Source: Anthoceros angustus (lineage: Eukaryota; Plantae; Anthocerotophyta). Taken from it: a DNA stretch of 64,000 bases. Below are positions 13,068-25,498 of the stretch, piece after piece (position 1 is the stretch's first letter; every line of letters begins with the position of its first letter). Position numbers and translations under genes: made by a program. Location of the stretch: assembly GCA_010909165.1 (NCBI GenBank), contig MU008185.1:248001-312000 (forward strand). The letters run 5' to 3'. A model generated the notes under the pieces. That model searched no databases and was not told where the DNA came from. It was given only the letters and a program-made list of their open reading frames with translations.

Positions 13068-13699
13068 TTGGTGGTTAACTTTTGCAGGGAACTCTACCCT
13101 GAGTTGAAAAGAGTTCAGGAACTTTGTTTGCGGCGGACATCAACTTCTCGTGACGTCTGCTCGGTGTTTCCGCCAAAGGCTGCCAGAGCCGTGCAGTATG
13201 ACAGACTTCCAAGTTTGGAGTCATTGGGGTACAGGCTTCCAAGCTCGTACGAAGTGACAAATGGTTGGCCGTAGTAGACGTAGAGCGTGACAGAATCTCA
13301 CACACACAAGAGACGTGCATTGCGAGAGATGAAGCTTACCCTGTGGAAGGGCATCCACATCTTGTACACGGATGTGACTTTTATTATCTAGGAGCCTTTG
13401 GGCCGCGTGATGTTCACAATCTCTGTGAAAAGAGGGGACTTTGCAGTTGGCCGGGGCCGGTACTGGAGCAGGGGTCTTCGGCTCCACACAGAGAGCGGGT
13501 CACTTCCGAAAAGCTTTTCGCTCATCTGGGAAACAACAGGCCCGACTTTCCTTGGAGGTACTTTGTAGCTAGCCGGAAAGAACCGGACGTTTTCGCTCTG
13601 CAAGACGGTGCGATACGCAAGTTAGCGAATGCCTGGGATGTGCTATTTGACGATGAAGGGGGAGGGCAAACGAGGAGCAACTGGTTGAAGATGAGCTAA
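13068..13699 (+). other. Unidentified coding-like stretch (two ORFs in different frames), possibly a pseudogene or TE relic
   Basis: ORFs 13068-13274 and 13265-13699 have protein-like composition (GHPHLVHGCDFYYLG; FPWRYFVAS), but I recognise no family. Confidence 0.25.
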
Positions 13700-16600
13700 G
13701 GTTGTGCTGCAGCGGCTAAATTGCATAACGCCACAAGCCTCTGCTTGCGAAGGCTGGAATAGTACCTCTGCCGCATCCACGTTGTCTGCGTCAAAAACAT
13801 CTGTGAAATGATCATCTGCATCCCAACCGTCAGCTTCGTCGTTGTTACTAGTAGAAGGTTTTCCATCCTGTTGCGGGGACTCCAATAATTGCCTATGCTC
13901 TCGCGAGGCCTGCAGGTGCACAGATTCTGTCAGGATTGAGGCCTACGGTCCTGGCGATGAGGGGAAGGCTTCTTCCATAGAATTCCGAAGCCAGGTTACC
14001 TGCTTGGACTTGGGTCTCGGTGCTTGTGCCCCTTCCTGACTGGCGGCAAGTTTTCGCAATGCTTTCCTTTCTTCCTTTGCTATGTCTGCAAGCTTGCGCC
14101 TGCGATTTTTGCAGACGACACACGGACAATCCTCTCTGTGATGCTGAGTCCTGCACATAACCATGGAGCGAGACCGGGCAAATCAGAAAGTGCTCAACTA
14201 ACACCCCACTGGGCGAATTTAGCAGCCTCATCTCCGAGGACAACCAAATCATTCGGGGATGAAAACAGAAAGGAGACTCACCCGTTGACACGTTTACTTT
14301 TGTCATCCTTCTTTGGGCCAGCAGACTTCGGGTTATCAGCCTTCTCATCTTTCCCCTTTGTGGCACTCCCGCTGGCCTTGTCTTCCCCCTTCTTTGAGGC
14401 AACTGCATCTGCTTTCTCATCCTTGCCCTTGGCGACAGGAGTATCAGATGCATTGGTATCCTTGCCGTCTTCCTTGGTATCCTTGCCGTCTTCCTTGGTA
14501 TCCTTGCCATCTTCCTTGGTGTCCTTAACTTTAAGTGTACTACTGTCCGTCTTATCCTCTCTCCGACTACTGTGACTCTTTCTATCTCTATCTTTATCTC
14601 TAGGTCTGTCTCTATCTCTGCGTTTGGATGAACTGTGGCCTCTTTCCTTCCCTTTGTCCCCATGGCTCCTGTGATCCTTTCCTTTCTTTGAATGAGATCT
14701 CCCTTCTTTTCCTCTGTCGGCCCTTTCACCTTTTGGCTTAGCAGTTGAGGTAGTGCCCTCCTTTCTACTGCTATCAGGTATCACAGGGTCCTTATCGTCT
14801 CGATTAACTTCAACTGCAGGAGGGATGCCATCATCCTTGCCTTCATCAGCAGGGCTGCAGACCTCATTCTCTACCCCTTTGTCCGTTCTATCTTCTTTCC
14901 CTTCACCTGCAACAAATGTATCGTCTCCCCCTCTTTCTTTGTCATCAGGATCCCCAAGCCTTACTTCTTCATGGGCTGCGGGGCTCTTGATAAGCTTGCT
15001 ACCACCACTATCACCAGCCATTTCTTCCTCACCAACCATGGCAGCCCTGCCACCGTCGAGTGCCTGAATTTGGACTTCCCTCTCTTCCTGGACAGAACTA
15101 GGACGCTCGAGATCCTCAGCTTTCTCACCACCACTAGGAATCTCACCTGCGTCGACATCAGTTGGAGACGCTTCCTCTGTAGCAGTAGAGATTTTTGCAT
15201 CATGTGCCTCATCAGAAGCACTAGCCTTTAAAGAATTGTCATCCTTCTCTTCAGCTGCAGCACTAGGAATAGCTTCACCCTTCTCAGTAAGGCTTGTATT
15301 GCTACCACCTTTCCCTTGTTTAGTAAAGCCCGGAGTCTTGTCCTCTTCTTCTATCTCTGCGGTGGCAGCTGTTTCATCTTCTTCCCTGTCAACGGCAACT
15401 TCCTCCACTTTGTCTTCACTATCCTTAGCATCAATAAGATCTGCCTCGTTTTGCATTTCTGTTGTCACTGCATCTGCCACTTCACAAGAGAAAAAAACAT
15501 AAGATGCTGTCGTATACAGAAAAAAGGCAAGAACATGCATGCATTGAAAAGTTAGAACTAACCCGTGTCTGCATCTTCTACGAGCTTGCCAGGACTTTCT
15601 TGTGATTCCGGGGCCTCGGGCAACGTAGAACTGGCTGGCTCTTCAAGTCGTTGCTTTACAGTTTCTTTCAAATTCAAAAGTTCATCTGAAGCATCGTAGT
15701 CTTCTCCTGCATCAACTCTTTCCTCGGCTGACTTCTCGACAGCAACTTTCGATTCACCAGATCCACTTCCAACTTTCTTCTTTCCGGCTTCTCTTGCAGA
15801 AATCTTCTCAGACTCTCTGGAAGGAGCTCTTTGTTCCCTTGCCATACTTTCAGCCATTACTTGTTCTACAGGCGCTGCACATAACGAACAAAAGCAGAAT
15901 CATATAACACTGCCAACAGCTATTACAAGTAGGCTATTTTAAAATTCAGGAACAATCATCCAGACGTTCTTACCACTGCGTTTCTTTGACTTGGGTGGAG
16001 TGAAGCCCTCAAAGTGAACATTCCTCGATGATGCTTTCCTCTTCCTCGAGGGCCTGGATTCCTCCACCGTTTCTTTCTCTACTTGCGGTTTCTTATCACT
16101 TTGAACCTTTTTATCGCTCTGCATCTTCTCTGCTGGAGACTGCTTCTCTGTAATGAGCTTGTTTTCCGTTTGACCTCTAGCCTGCTTGTGGGATTGCTGA
16201 TCTGCTTTGCCAGGTCTATCTGATCCTGACACAGAATACCCGAGTAGGGCTGCAAAATCCACATAGCAAACGATTCAGACCCCCGAGGACAGGCACAGAC
16301 TCTCTCCTGTTTCCCAGATACACGTGGCTAACAAAAGACACAAGTCCACGTGTGAGCGGGTCATCACCTTTAGCAGCAAGCTTCTTAGTGGGAACATACT
16401 GAAGACCAGCTGCAGTCCAGTGCTTGATGAAGGCAGCCTCCACTGCCTGCATGAGCTCCACCACAGGGTCTCCCTCATTGTTGTATTTGCGACAGTTGCT
16501 CCAGACAAGTTGAACATCTCGCAAAACATCATCGGTGTTTTGGTACTTCCTTCCCTTGTCTAGATTTTCCCGGATCGTACCGAGATCCATGGGCTCCTTG

Positions 16601-18355
16601 ATCACATCCAGATAGTCCTGCATGCCAACGATCTGTCAGAGACGAGCCACACCGACATCCAGAACACCCCCAATCCCTTACCACAGACCGCACAACCCCA
16701 GTCTTACTCATCAGAACCTACCGGAATTTTCAACGCAACCGGATTCACCGGCTTGTTGAAGGGCTCAGATTCCTTCATTTTCATCACCCGCTTCACTACC
16801 TGCACGCAAGAGCGACAACTTCTAATCAGCGGCAACAACCAACATCCTTCCCACTTCGTAGCACTCGGCAAGAACCCACCACCATCTTTCAAGCCTCTCA
16901 GCCCCCAGCGTCACTCACCTGCAGTGCAGATTTCAATCCATTCTCATCCGAGTTCTTCAGAGGAACGTCCACCATTGGCGTGTCGACCACCTCCACCGGG
17001 GGCTTCACCTTGAGCGCGATTTTCAGCTTCCCATCCTTCCGCTCAGCGGACAAGGCCTTGGCGTCCTTCTTATCTTGACCAGCAGCCTTTCCTCCCTTCT
17101 TCTCCGCAGCAGCAGAAGCCTTCGCATCCTTCCTTTCCGCAGGGGATGGCCTGCCGTCCTTCTTGTCGCCAGCAGCGACCGCTTTAGCATCCTTACCGGA
17201 AGCCTTAGCATCCTTCGCGGCCGCCTTGGCATCCTTGGCGGGAGTCTTGCCGTCCTTGGCGGCAGCCTTGGAATCCTTAGCACTCGCCTTCCCATCCTTC
17301 CCAGATGCCTTCACCTCCTTCCCAGACGCCTTACCCTCCTTCACCTCCTTGACAGGTGTTCTCGACTCTCTCCTCTCATGCGCCGCTGTCCTCAACTCCT
17401 TCTTATCTACCGCAGCCGGCTTCGCTTCCTTCTTCTCAACCGCCGGAGCCTTAGAATCCTTACCCAATCTTGCCTCCCTCCTCTCCGCCGCAGGTGTCTT
17501 CCCCTCCTTCTTCTCCTCCTTCTTTTCCTCCTCCTCCTCCTCCTTGTCCTCCCCCTCCTCCTCCTTCTCCTTCTCCTTCTCCTTCTCCTTTTCCTTCCTC
17601 TCCTTCTCCTTCCTCGCCTCCTCCTTCTCCGCTTCCTTCTGCAAATCAGGCGAGGTCCTCCCTTCCTTCAGATCAGCACCAGGCAGCCTGTCCGGCTTGG
17701 CCGGTGCAACCTTCTTCTTATCCCTCCGCCGGTACACGTCCGATATCCGATTATTGTTGCCGATAATTATGTCTCCCTCATCCAAAGCTTGCACATCAAC
17801 CGGCAGAACCACTTCCAAGCCTTTGAGCTTGCCGTCCTCACTCGACTTCAATTTCGTCCCCAACGTGGGAACCACATCCCGCAGTTTCACAGGCTTCCCG
17901 CGCAACCTCGAGCTCTCGCGCCTGGCCTTGCCGCCGGCCGGGGTCTCAGGTACGTCCTTCGCCGGCCCTTCCTCGGCCGCCAGTTCCCTGAGCCTGGCCT
18001 CATCTCCCAAATCCTCCTCCACAGGCACAGAGCAAACCTCGGTGGCCTCCCGGGCCTTGGTGTCCCCTTCCGCGTCCGCATCCAATTTCGGCCTCACGTT
18101 CCTAGCAGCTCCTCTGGGAGCCCGCTTCCTCTTCAGATCGACTCCGACCGACGGCACATCCCTCTCCTGCTGAGCTGCTGCTGCTGCCTCTTCGTCCTCG
18201 TTCCCGCCCGCGACGTCGACCTCGTTCTTGGCTGGCGCCTGGGATGCGGGTTCCGCTTGCGCCGCTTTGCTCTTCTTCTTTTTGGGCTGCTCCGGTTCAG
18301 GCTGCAGCTGTTTCTGGATGTTCCTCGCCATCAGGCGAGTCTTCCTCTCGTCCAT
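13643..18355 (-). CDS. Bromodomain protein with long charged low-complexity regions and a C-terminal H-x3-C-x-C-x2-C motif (At1g58025-like family)
   Basis: Bromodomain split over exons: VKRVMKMKESEPFNKPVNPVALKIP / DYLDVIKEPMDLGTI...DVQLVWSNCRKYN. C-terminal HHREDCPCVVCKNRRRK. K/E/D-rich exons at 16898-18355 and about 14290-15480. ATG at 18355; last exon reached through CAG|GTAACC...CTGCAG. Confidence 0.85.
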
Positions 18356-19057
18356 TTCGCTGCCAGCCTTCCTCCAACATAGAAACACTTACAGCTCAAA
18401 CCATGGCGGACATGAAACCGAACTCAAATACATGCAATATATGTGTAAGCAGGAACGCGCTTGTATCAATCTAGACGAGCACGTTCGGTGCTCCACATAC
18501 ATATAATGGGAAACCGAACATATTCCGCTTCTAAACGGTCGACCGGTCACCCGGTCACCCGGTCGACCCTCCTATCGTTCCGTCCTATCAGGCCTGGCTG
18601 TGCACAATGCAGGCCAGCCAGTGAGTCTCGCGAGCTGTAATACTGCTCAGGTCTCCTGCAATTTTTCGGTGTTTCATTGGTGAATACAATTTTCCGATCT
18701 CAAGCTCACGACCGAAGCTGAACTCTACAACGGCCAGCCGGTTTTGGGGTTTTCAAAAATTCAAAGACATTCCGATGACTTTGTCAGCAGCTTGTAGGAT
18801 CTAGGCCGCCAGGCATGTTTTTGAAGGAGGAAGGAGATGGATGGAGAGCTCTTCAGCAGCAGCGGGTTACTGCGAATAAATAATACCTACCTGTTTTGAG
18901 AACCGATGAACCACTGTCATTAGGTGGCGGAATCGATTGGGAGGATACCTGATTGTTTTTTGGTACACCTAGACTGTAGAGTACAGGGAATTGAGGGTTC
19001 CTTCCTCCTTCCCCAGTTTACGGCAGGTACTTGTCCGAGAACATCTTTCTTCCGTTT

Positions 19058-22000
19058 TCAGGCTGCTTTCAGACTCATGTCCTGGTATCTGTGAGAGTCG
19101 TCCCGCAGAAAGCTTTGTCGGGAGTTCAGCCTCGTGTATGCTTGCAAGAACCGAGTCTGCACACCAAGCAGACAGAACACTTGTAATGAAAAAGGAGACC
19201 TCTGAGTAATTGATGGAAAGCAGCAACGAGGGGGCGCAGGGTCGTACCAACTGAAAGCATGCGAGAGTCCACCAGCTTCCTTGAAGTCCACAGCCAAGCT
19301 TGTTCATGATCTGCAGCAGGAACCGTGACAAGGGGTGAGCAACTAGTTCCGTTTTCTGTCAATCGATGTAGTGGTAGTTGATTGTAAAGCTATCTAGAGG
19401 TGAGGCATGTGGGCTAAGTGCGTCAACCAGAAGGAGAAGACTGCCGCCCACAAAACACGAAGCCATACTGAAGCCCAGAAATTTAAGATCCCTGCCAGCC
19501 TGCACACATGGCGCACAATGGATTAGATGGATAACTTCCCACATAAAGGAGTGGAAAATAATACGAGTTTGGAGGAGGAGAACATCTTACAAGCAGTGTG
19601 CCTTCGCAGGATAGGGTTGGTGGAGTCAAAGCGGTGGCAAACCAGAATGGTAGTGTCACGGTCCTCATCTGAAAGAGCCCACAGGCATGCAATGAGATGA
19701 CGAGACATGAAAAGCATGAGACATGATGTGCTTCAGATTTTCAGCTGTTAAGGAAAACCGATGCACTGATAAGTAAGAATCTGGTTGGACCTCAGAGATA
19801 ACAGCCAGGTCTTTGGTGAAGATTTGTGGAGCAAACCAAGGGACGAACACAAATATGGCACCCAAGCTGGTGCCCACTATGGCTCCGATAATTAAGAGGG
19901 ATTTGAGAAGTAACCTAGCCTGTCACCAGCACCATAGACGAGGAGATTAGCACAAACAGACCAGGTGCAGGAGAGCGTAATGTGAACAAAAATACACACG
20001 CGCAGTCACCTCTTGGAGGTTACGATTAGCTCCTTGAATAAGTGCAGGCATGAAGGACTGCGCGGTTTGACAAAGGGGCTCACCCCATACGGTACATATG
20101 GCAAATATTCCTATCATCACCTGTCGAAAAGGGAAGAGAAGTTTAGTCGGGTGTGAAAGTAGCTAGGTCTGCAGTTTGACTCAAAAGTATCTCCATACCT
20201 GATGCCCAGCAAGAGTGCTGGATCCTAGAGACGTTGCCAGGTACGTTATTAGGGTGTAGAATGACACCTGTGTCAGAGATGTAACAATGTTCAGCCCTTA
20301 CATGCAACGGCATAATCACTAACCACAACTACTTCATTGCACAAGTCAGATTTTCTACGAGGGCTCCTCTGGACTTTGGAAATAGGAGAAAGTTCCAACC
20401 TTTGAGAACATTGTCAAAAGCACAGGAGCAGCGAGCTCAACCATTTGAACAAACTCTTCCATGGAGGGTATCGACATAGCCAGTGCATTGTAACCCTTTT
20501 TGTTCAGAGACCATAACATCATAAAGGTTCCCACGTACTGGTTCACAAGCCACAGGACAGCGAGTCAAGCAGTTGCATCTCCCCTCAGGGCTGAGACTGT
20601 GAACATCTCCTCATCTCAGTACTATGACTGTGAACAGGGTTTCTTTCCACACCTGTGAAACCATTGTTGCCCAGGCTGCACCAGCAATTCCGTATCCAAG
20701 AAAGGAGCATAGAATGATGTCACCCATGCAGTTGACAGAACTTGCAACAAGGAGAACCCTCAGAGGCCCCCAAGAGTCCTGCATGCCCAAGCTGCAATTC
20801 AAACGGGAGAGGTCACTTAGGATCATTCTTTACACCCAGGGTGTAGCATGAATGTCATGATGGATACTCCTGAGTTCAGGTTGGTACCAAGCACTCTGGG
20901 CGACCATTCCCACCAACACTGCTGGCCAGGCAAAGCCCCTGATCTGCAAAAGAGTACTGTTAATTCTGATAGCCTGATGAAAATGGTGAGCAGCCAGCAG
21001 GGCCCTCCCAGAAGTCCATGCCAGTCACTTCACCAATCGCCAGCCAAGTTCATACCCGTCTACAGGCTTGGGGCACACAACACCGTTCGAACACAATTGC
21101 TTACCCTCACATAAGACTGTGCTGCAGGAACCATACCGACGTTCTTCGCCCCAACAAAAGCTGTTACATGTGCCAAAAAGTTCATTCATCAACATACGTT
21201 TAGTATGTGGACGTTCCGGGTCCTTCTGCACGAAAGTAGCAATGCCTGTCAACATACACTTCTACAATCTATTCCGTTGCAAAGTCCACACATGTCCCAG
21301 GACAAGAACGCCACCTTTAAGGAGGGATGTGGAATAGTTCGCTGTAAACACAAACATGATCCAACCACATGCAAAGGAGACGAAGAAGAGCCTTGAGAGA
21401 TGCCCTGCCGCCTCAGCCCTATCCTGCACAGCGAAAAATCCTGTTAAACCCGATACTCACAGCTGCTCGCTCACTGTCATAACAATCCCTAATTACTTCA
21501 AAGAGCACAACATGGTCTGCAGAAGCCAGGTTGCAGCAACCGGGCAGCCAGCAGGGCCCTTTCATGTCTATCCACCTACCTTCCTTGCCAAAGATGTGGC
21601 TATAAGATTAGAAGTTGCAATCGATAAGAACATAAAGATATAGCAAAGCTGGTCGCAAAGCACAGTTCCAGGTCCTGCAAAATCCTCAGGCGCAAAAAAA
21701 CCATTAAATGTCATCACGGTCACACCCTCTCGTGAACTGCAGCAGCTAGATACTCTGCAACATGACCTCACCCAATGCTGCAAGCTCCAAGGAGCTGCTT
21801 TGCCCGACAACAGCCGTGTCAATAATACTCATAAGAGGTCCCGACAGCCAAATTCCCAGGGCCGGCCCAGCAAAAACCATGATCTCACGCATCTGATCGA
21901 TGATACTCTTCTGGGTATGTGGCTCCAAGTCACTGCCCGCTTCGGTTCCACTAGCCTCGCGAGCTTTCCTCCTCTCCAGGAAATGCTGCTCGTACGCAGA

Positions 22001-22423
22001 TTCAGTGGCAGCCTGAGGATACGCAGCTGCTGCCGATGCAAGCTGTTGCTCCGTGCCCAAGGGCAGAGACCCCCCCTCGGGAGCCCCCTCCAGCAGCTCA
22101 TGTTCCGCAACTTCCAATGACTTCACCAGCTCAAGACCAGCATCCACATAAAATTCAGGAGATCCCGATAACATAGGAGGGCTAGCCACAGGACTGAGCT
22201 CAGAAAAAGGCTCGGCACCCAACTCCTCCGCCTTTACATCGGCTACAGTTTCCGTCACCCCTGCCTCGGAGCATCGGTGCCTCAAATCACCCCTCCTCCA
22301 CCCACCTGCCCCTCCTCCACCCACAGGCCCTGCAGAAATAGCCAACAATCGACCCGTTCCCACACCCGCCCAAATTCCGCGTCCTGCAACCGGAGGCCAC
22401 AAAATTCCTCCCCGGCAGAGCAT
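19058..22423 (-). CDS. DTX46: Plastid-type MATE transporter, DTX46/EDS5(DTX47) clade, multi-exon
   Basis: [38 protein letters not shown] / [29 protein letters not shown] / [14 protein letters not shown]...[16 protein letters not shown] / EGTLL-AGRDLKF, preceded by a long transit-peptide-like N-terminus. Confidence 0.9.
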
Positions 22424-23329
22424 TCCCCACCAGGCTCGTCCTCACACGAACACATCCCGCCGCTGCATTCCGAAACCCGAGTGGCACCTCCGCTCGAAAC
22501 ACCTGAGCTGTGGGACTCCATTCCATGGTGCACTCCCGGCTCACGCTCTGCATTCCGCCAGAAACCACAACATGAGCTCACTCCCAGGCCCGGACAAGAT
22601 GCAAGAACCCACAAAAGATTAGGGCGACAGCATTCCGAGCTGGGACGGGAGGAATGTCCTGTTCCCATCTCCAGACTTAAAATCCAAAAAGCACCTGAAC
22701 AATCTCGATAACGCGAGACCCAGAAGACCCAGAAGACCCAGAAGCAACAATCCGAGCTTCCGCAACGCATTCAACATGCAAAGATACCTCATGCGGGAAC
22801 GCTGGGAGTGACAATTGCCGCTGCGTGTGGTTGTCCAACACACGTCAACTGTAGACTGGCTGGTGTTTGCCGTGCGCGCATGCTCAATGCACGGACGCCA
22901 TTTCCAAATCCGCCCGACTCTCAGCTGAATCCGAGGCCGCGGCGATGGCAAGCAGTGACGGGCGGCCGGACGCACGGGACCACGATTCCAGATTCCGATG
23001 GGAGTGTGGGCCTGGCGACAAAAGGACGTCCGACGCGATAGTGAAGCTAAGATGCAAGGTGTGGCCGGGAACTGCCTCCCAAAAGGAGCGAAGTGTTGGT
23101 CACCGGTTGACCGCACCTGTCTCACCGACCTGAAGCCCCGGGCCGCGCGGCCCTGTCCTGTCCTGTCGTGTCCTGGCCTGCCCAACGCTCACGAATCACG
23201 GCTCACGATTCGCGATTCACGTCTCACGTCCGAGACGCGTCTCGAAACGCCATTCTCGTTTTGGAGCGCGAGCCCCCGCGCTGAACGCTCCCCTTCCTCA
23301 CAAAACCGCCTTGATCACATATCGCTATG

Positions 23330-23395
23330 ATTCGCTCAGCACTACCAGTTCTCCTCCATTCGCTCAGCACTACCAGTTCTCCTCCATTCGCTCAC
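23330..23395. repeat. 28 bp tandem repeat (~2.3 copies) upstream of the MATE gene
   Basis: attcgctcagcactaccagttctcctcc occurs twice and then attcgctca. Confidence 0.85.
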
Positions 23396-24029
23396 CATGA
23401 CAACAGACATGAATAGGCTGTAAGATTCGCTTCCGTAGAAGCCCAGCATGTGCCTTGCTTACATGTGCCTTGCTTACATATAGGAATGTACAGTAGTCTA
23501 TGTCATCCTGTGGTAACCTTCGGACTTCGGTCCGGGGAGGCTGCGAGGAGAAGGGCTCATGAATTCTTCATAGCTCGGGAACTTCACCTGCTCAAAATTA
23601 AGTATTGCCTCCTAGACATCGCACATCTGTCTGATCTGATATATTCCTCCAAGGAGGAGGAGAAGAGAACATCACCAAAGGTCCCCATCTTGTTACCATA
23701 TTGATACAAGGTGTGTCGTTAGCCTTTCCAATCACAAGAATTTGCATCAGGGAGTTTGAAGGCGTCGTAAAATAAAATTTAATGAGGTGGTCTGTCTCCT
23801 CCGACCTTGGCTAGGCCATCATAGGCAGCACAGAAATTTACAACTGTCTTCCCATTATGAGGGATGCAAGTCTGTCCTCTGTTGTAACTTGAGAATATCC
23901 TGGATAGCCATGCCTTGCATGGAACAGGAGCAGGGAGCAGGGAGCACGGCAGGGCAGGTTCTCTGTGACTCCTCCGTGTCGCTCAACCTGCTCATTTACT
24001 GCATTTTGAAACACATGCCCGGCCTGCAG

Positions 24030-24212
24030 GAATCCAAGGAAGCAGATGGAAGAACCTGCAAGAGCCGGCCTGGAGGAATCCATGAAATGGAAGCATCGGG
24101 GGAAAGTTGCAAGAGCCTGCCTGCAGGGATCCATGGAATGGAAGCAGAGGGAGAAACTTGCGAGAGCCGGCCTGCAGGAGGAAGCAACTGGAGAAGGTTG
24201 CAAGAGCCGCCC
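24030..24212. repeat. ~55 bp imperfect tandem repeat (3-4 copies) just past the R3H gene stop
   Basis: Recurring ggaagca...gc(a/g)agagcc(g/t)gcctg(c/g)agg units. Confidence 0.7.
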
Positions 24213-24215
24213 GCC

Positions 24216-25259
24216 CTACGATGCACTCCTTGACGACGCAACATGGTCATCAGCAAGTCTGTTGGACGATAGCCCTAGTAACGCTTGCCCTAGCGTCCTT
24301 CCTGCCGCCGCACCAGGCCTACCGTCGTCCCGTAAACCACCAGCACACTGCAGCCTGGGAGACGGTGATCTGCGACTCGCAACATCCGAGCCACCATCAC
24401 CGTCGTGGCCCCCGCTGCCATTGTCACGACCTGGATCTGAAGCTCCAGCTTGCCTGGACGGATGCGTCACGGGCAAGCCCAGGGCCTGGGCGAAGATCCT
24501 GGTAGCTGCCCTAGCTGACGACCGGGCAGCCCGCCGGGACGCATCATCTTGGTTGAGCGAGCCCTGGTCGGAGGAGGAGGCCGAACCCTCAGCCATGGTT
24601 AGGGTTCCTCCATCTCTCGCATCGCTTGGCTCGGCATCCGGCGCGTCTTTTGCTAAGGCAGGGCTTCCATCTCCCAGACGCGGCTTCCCGAGAGCACGGG
24701 CGATCATCCTGCGAGCAACCAAGGGCACATGCCTGGCGCTGGGAACCCTGTCACAATGCCCGGATCCTGCGTCTGCGAAAATCCGCTCTCTGGCAGCCGA
24801 GTACGCCGCCTGCCGCTCCTCCAAGGACACGGCGGAGCGTTGCACCACGGCGCTCCTCTTCTGACCCCTTGCCGACGCCCCGGATCCGGACTGAGATTTG
24901 AGCAGGAGCTTGCTGCCGTGGGGCTCCATCGGGGCCGCCTCGTCGGGGCTCCTGGCCAGCACGTCGCTCACCAGGACCTCAGGGACGCAGGAGTCGGCGC
25001 TCTGGCCGACCACCAGATGCCGCTCCTCGTTCTCGCCGACCGACTCGTGAGCTAATCCGAACAGATCGGCTAGCCGGTGCAGCAACATCCTCTGGTACGA
25101 ATCCATGGGCTTCAGCTCCAGCACGTCCTTCCCGCTCCCGCTTCCTGCGCCATCCTGCAGAAACTCCACAAACATCTCCTCCACCGACAGCACCAGATGC
25201 TTGCTGTACAGGTTGTCCTTCACGAGCCATGCCAACTCCTCCACCTCCATGGCCTCCAT
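24216..25259 (-). CDS. Intronless R3H- and SUZ-domain RNA-binding protein (347 aa)
   Basis: R3H motif LELKPMDSYQRMLLHRLADLFGLAHES; SUZ motif SLEERQAAYSAARERIF. Confidence 0.88.
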   Translation of the reverse strand: MEAMEVEELAWLVKDNLYSKHLVLSVEEMFVEFLQDGAGSGSGKDVLELKPMDSYQRMLLHRLADLFGLAHESVGENEERHLVVGQSADSCVPEVLVSDVLARSPDEAAPMEPHGSKLLLKSQSGSGASARGQKRSAVVQRSAVSLEERQAAYSAARERIFADAGSGHCDRVPSARHVPLVARRMIARALGKPRLGDGSPALAKDAPDAEPSDARDGGTLTMAEGSASSSDQGSLNQDDASRRAARSSARAATRIFAQALGLPVTHPSRQAGASDPGRDNGSGGHDGDGGSDVASRRSPSPRLQCAGGLRDDGRPGAAAGRTLGQALLGLSSNRLADDHVASSRSAS

Positions 25260-25498
25260 GGCCTGGCCTACCAGTAAGCCTCCACGGACAACATCGCACC
25301 CGAAGCTTCGTCTGCCGTTTACAGGCTGCTACGACAGCAGAGATGTCCCTGGAATTTCCGTCACCTCCAGTTCCCGGGATGTCAGCTTCTGTTTCTAGAT
25401 GATGTTCATATACGCATCGGTTGAGCCCTAAAGGCGGAGGCCGAGTCCCAGGCGCTTGTGGGTTGTCGCTCCGGCTCCGAAATCTGTGTGGGTTGGAG

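Noticed and set aside
17075-18382. Long + strand ORFs (435 and 336 aa) opposite the bromodomain gene, and similar shadows opposite the PPR, LRR and R3H genes
   Set aside because: Antisense shadows of real coding sequence with biased composition.
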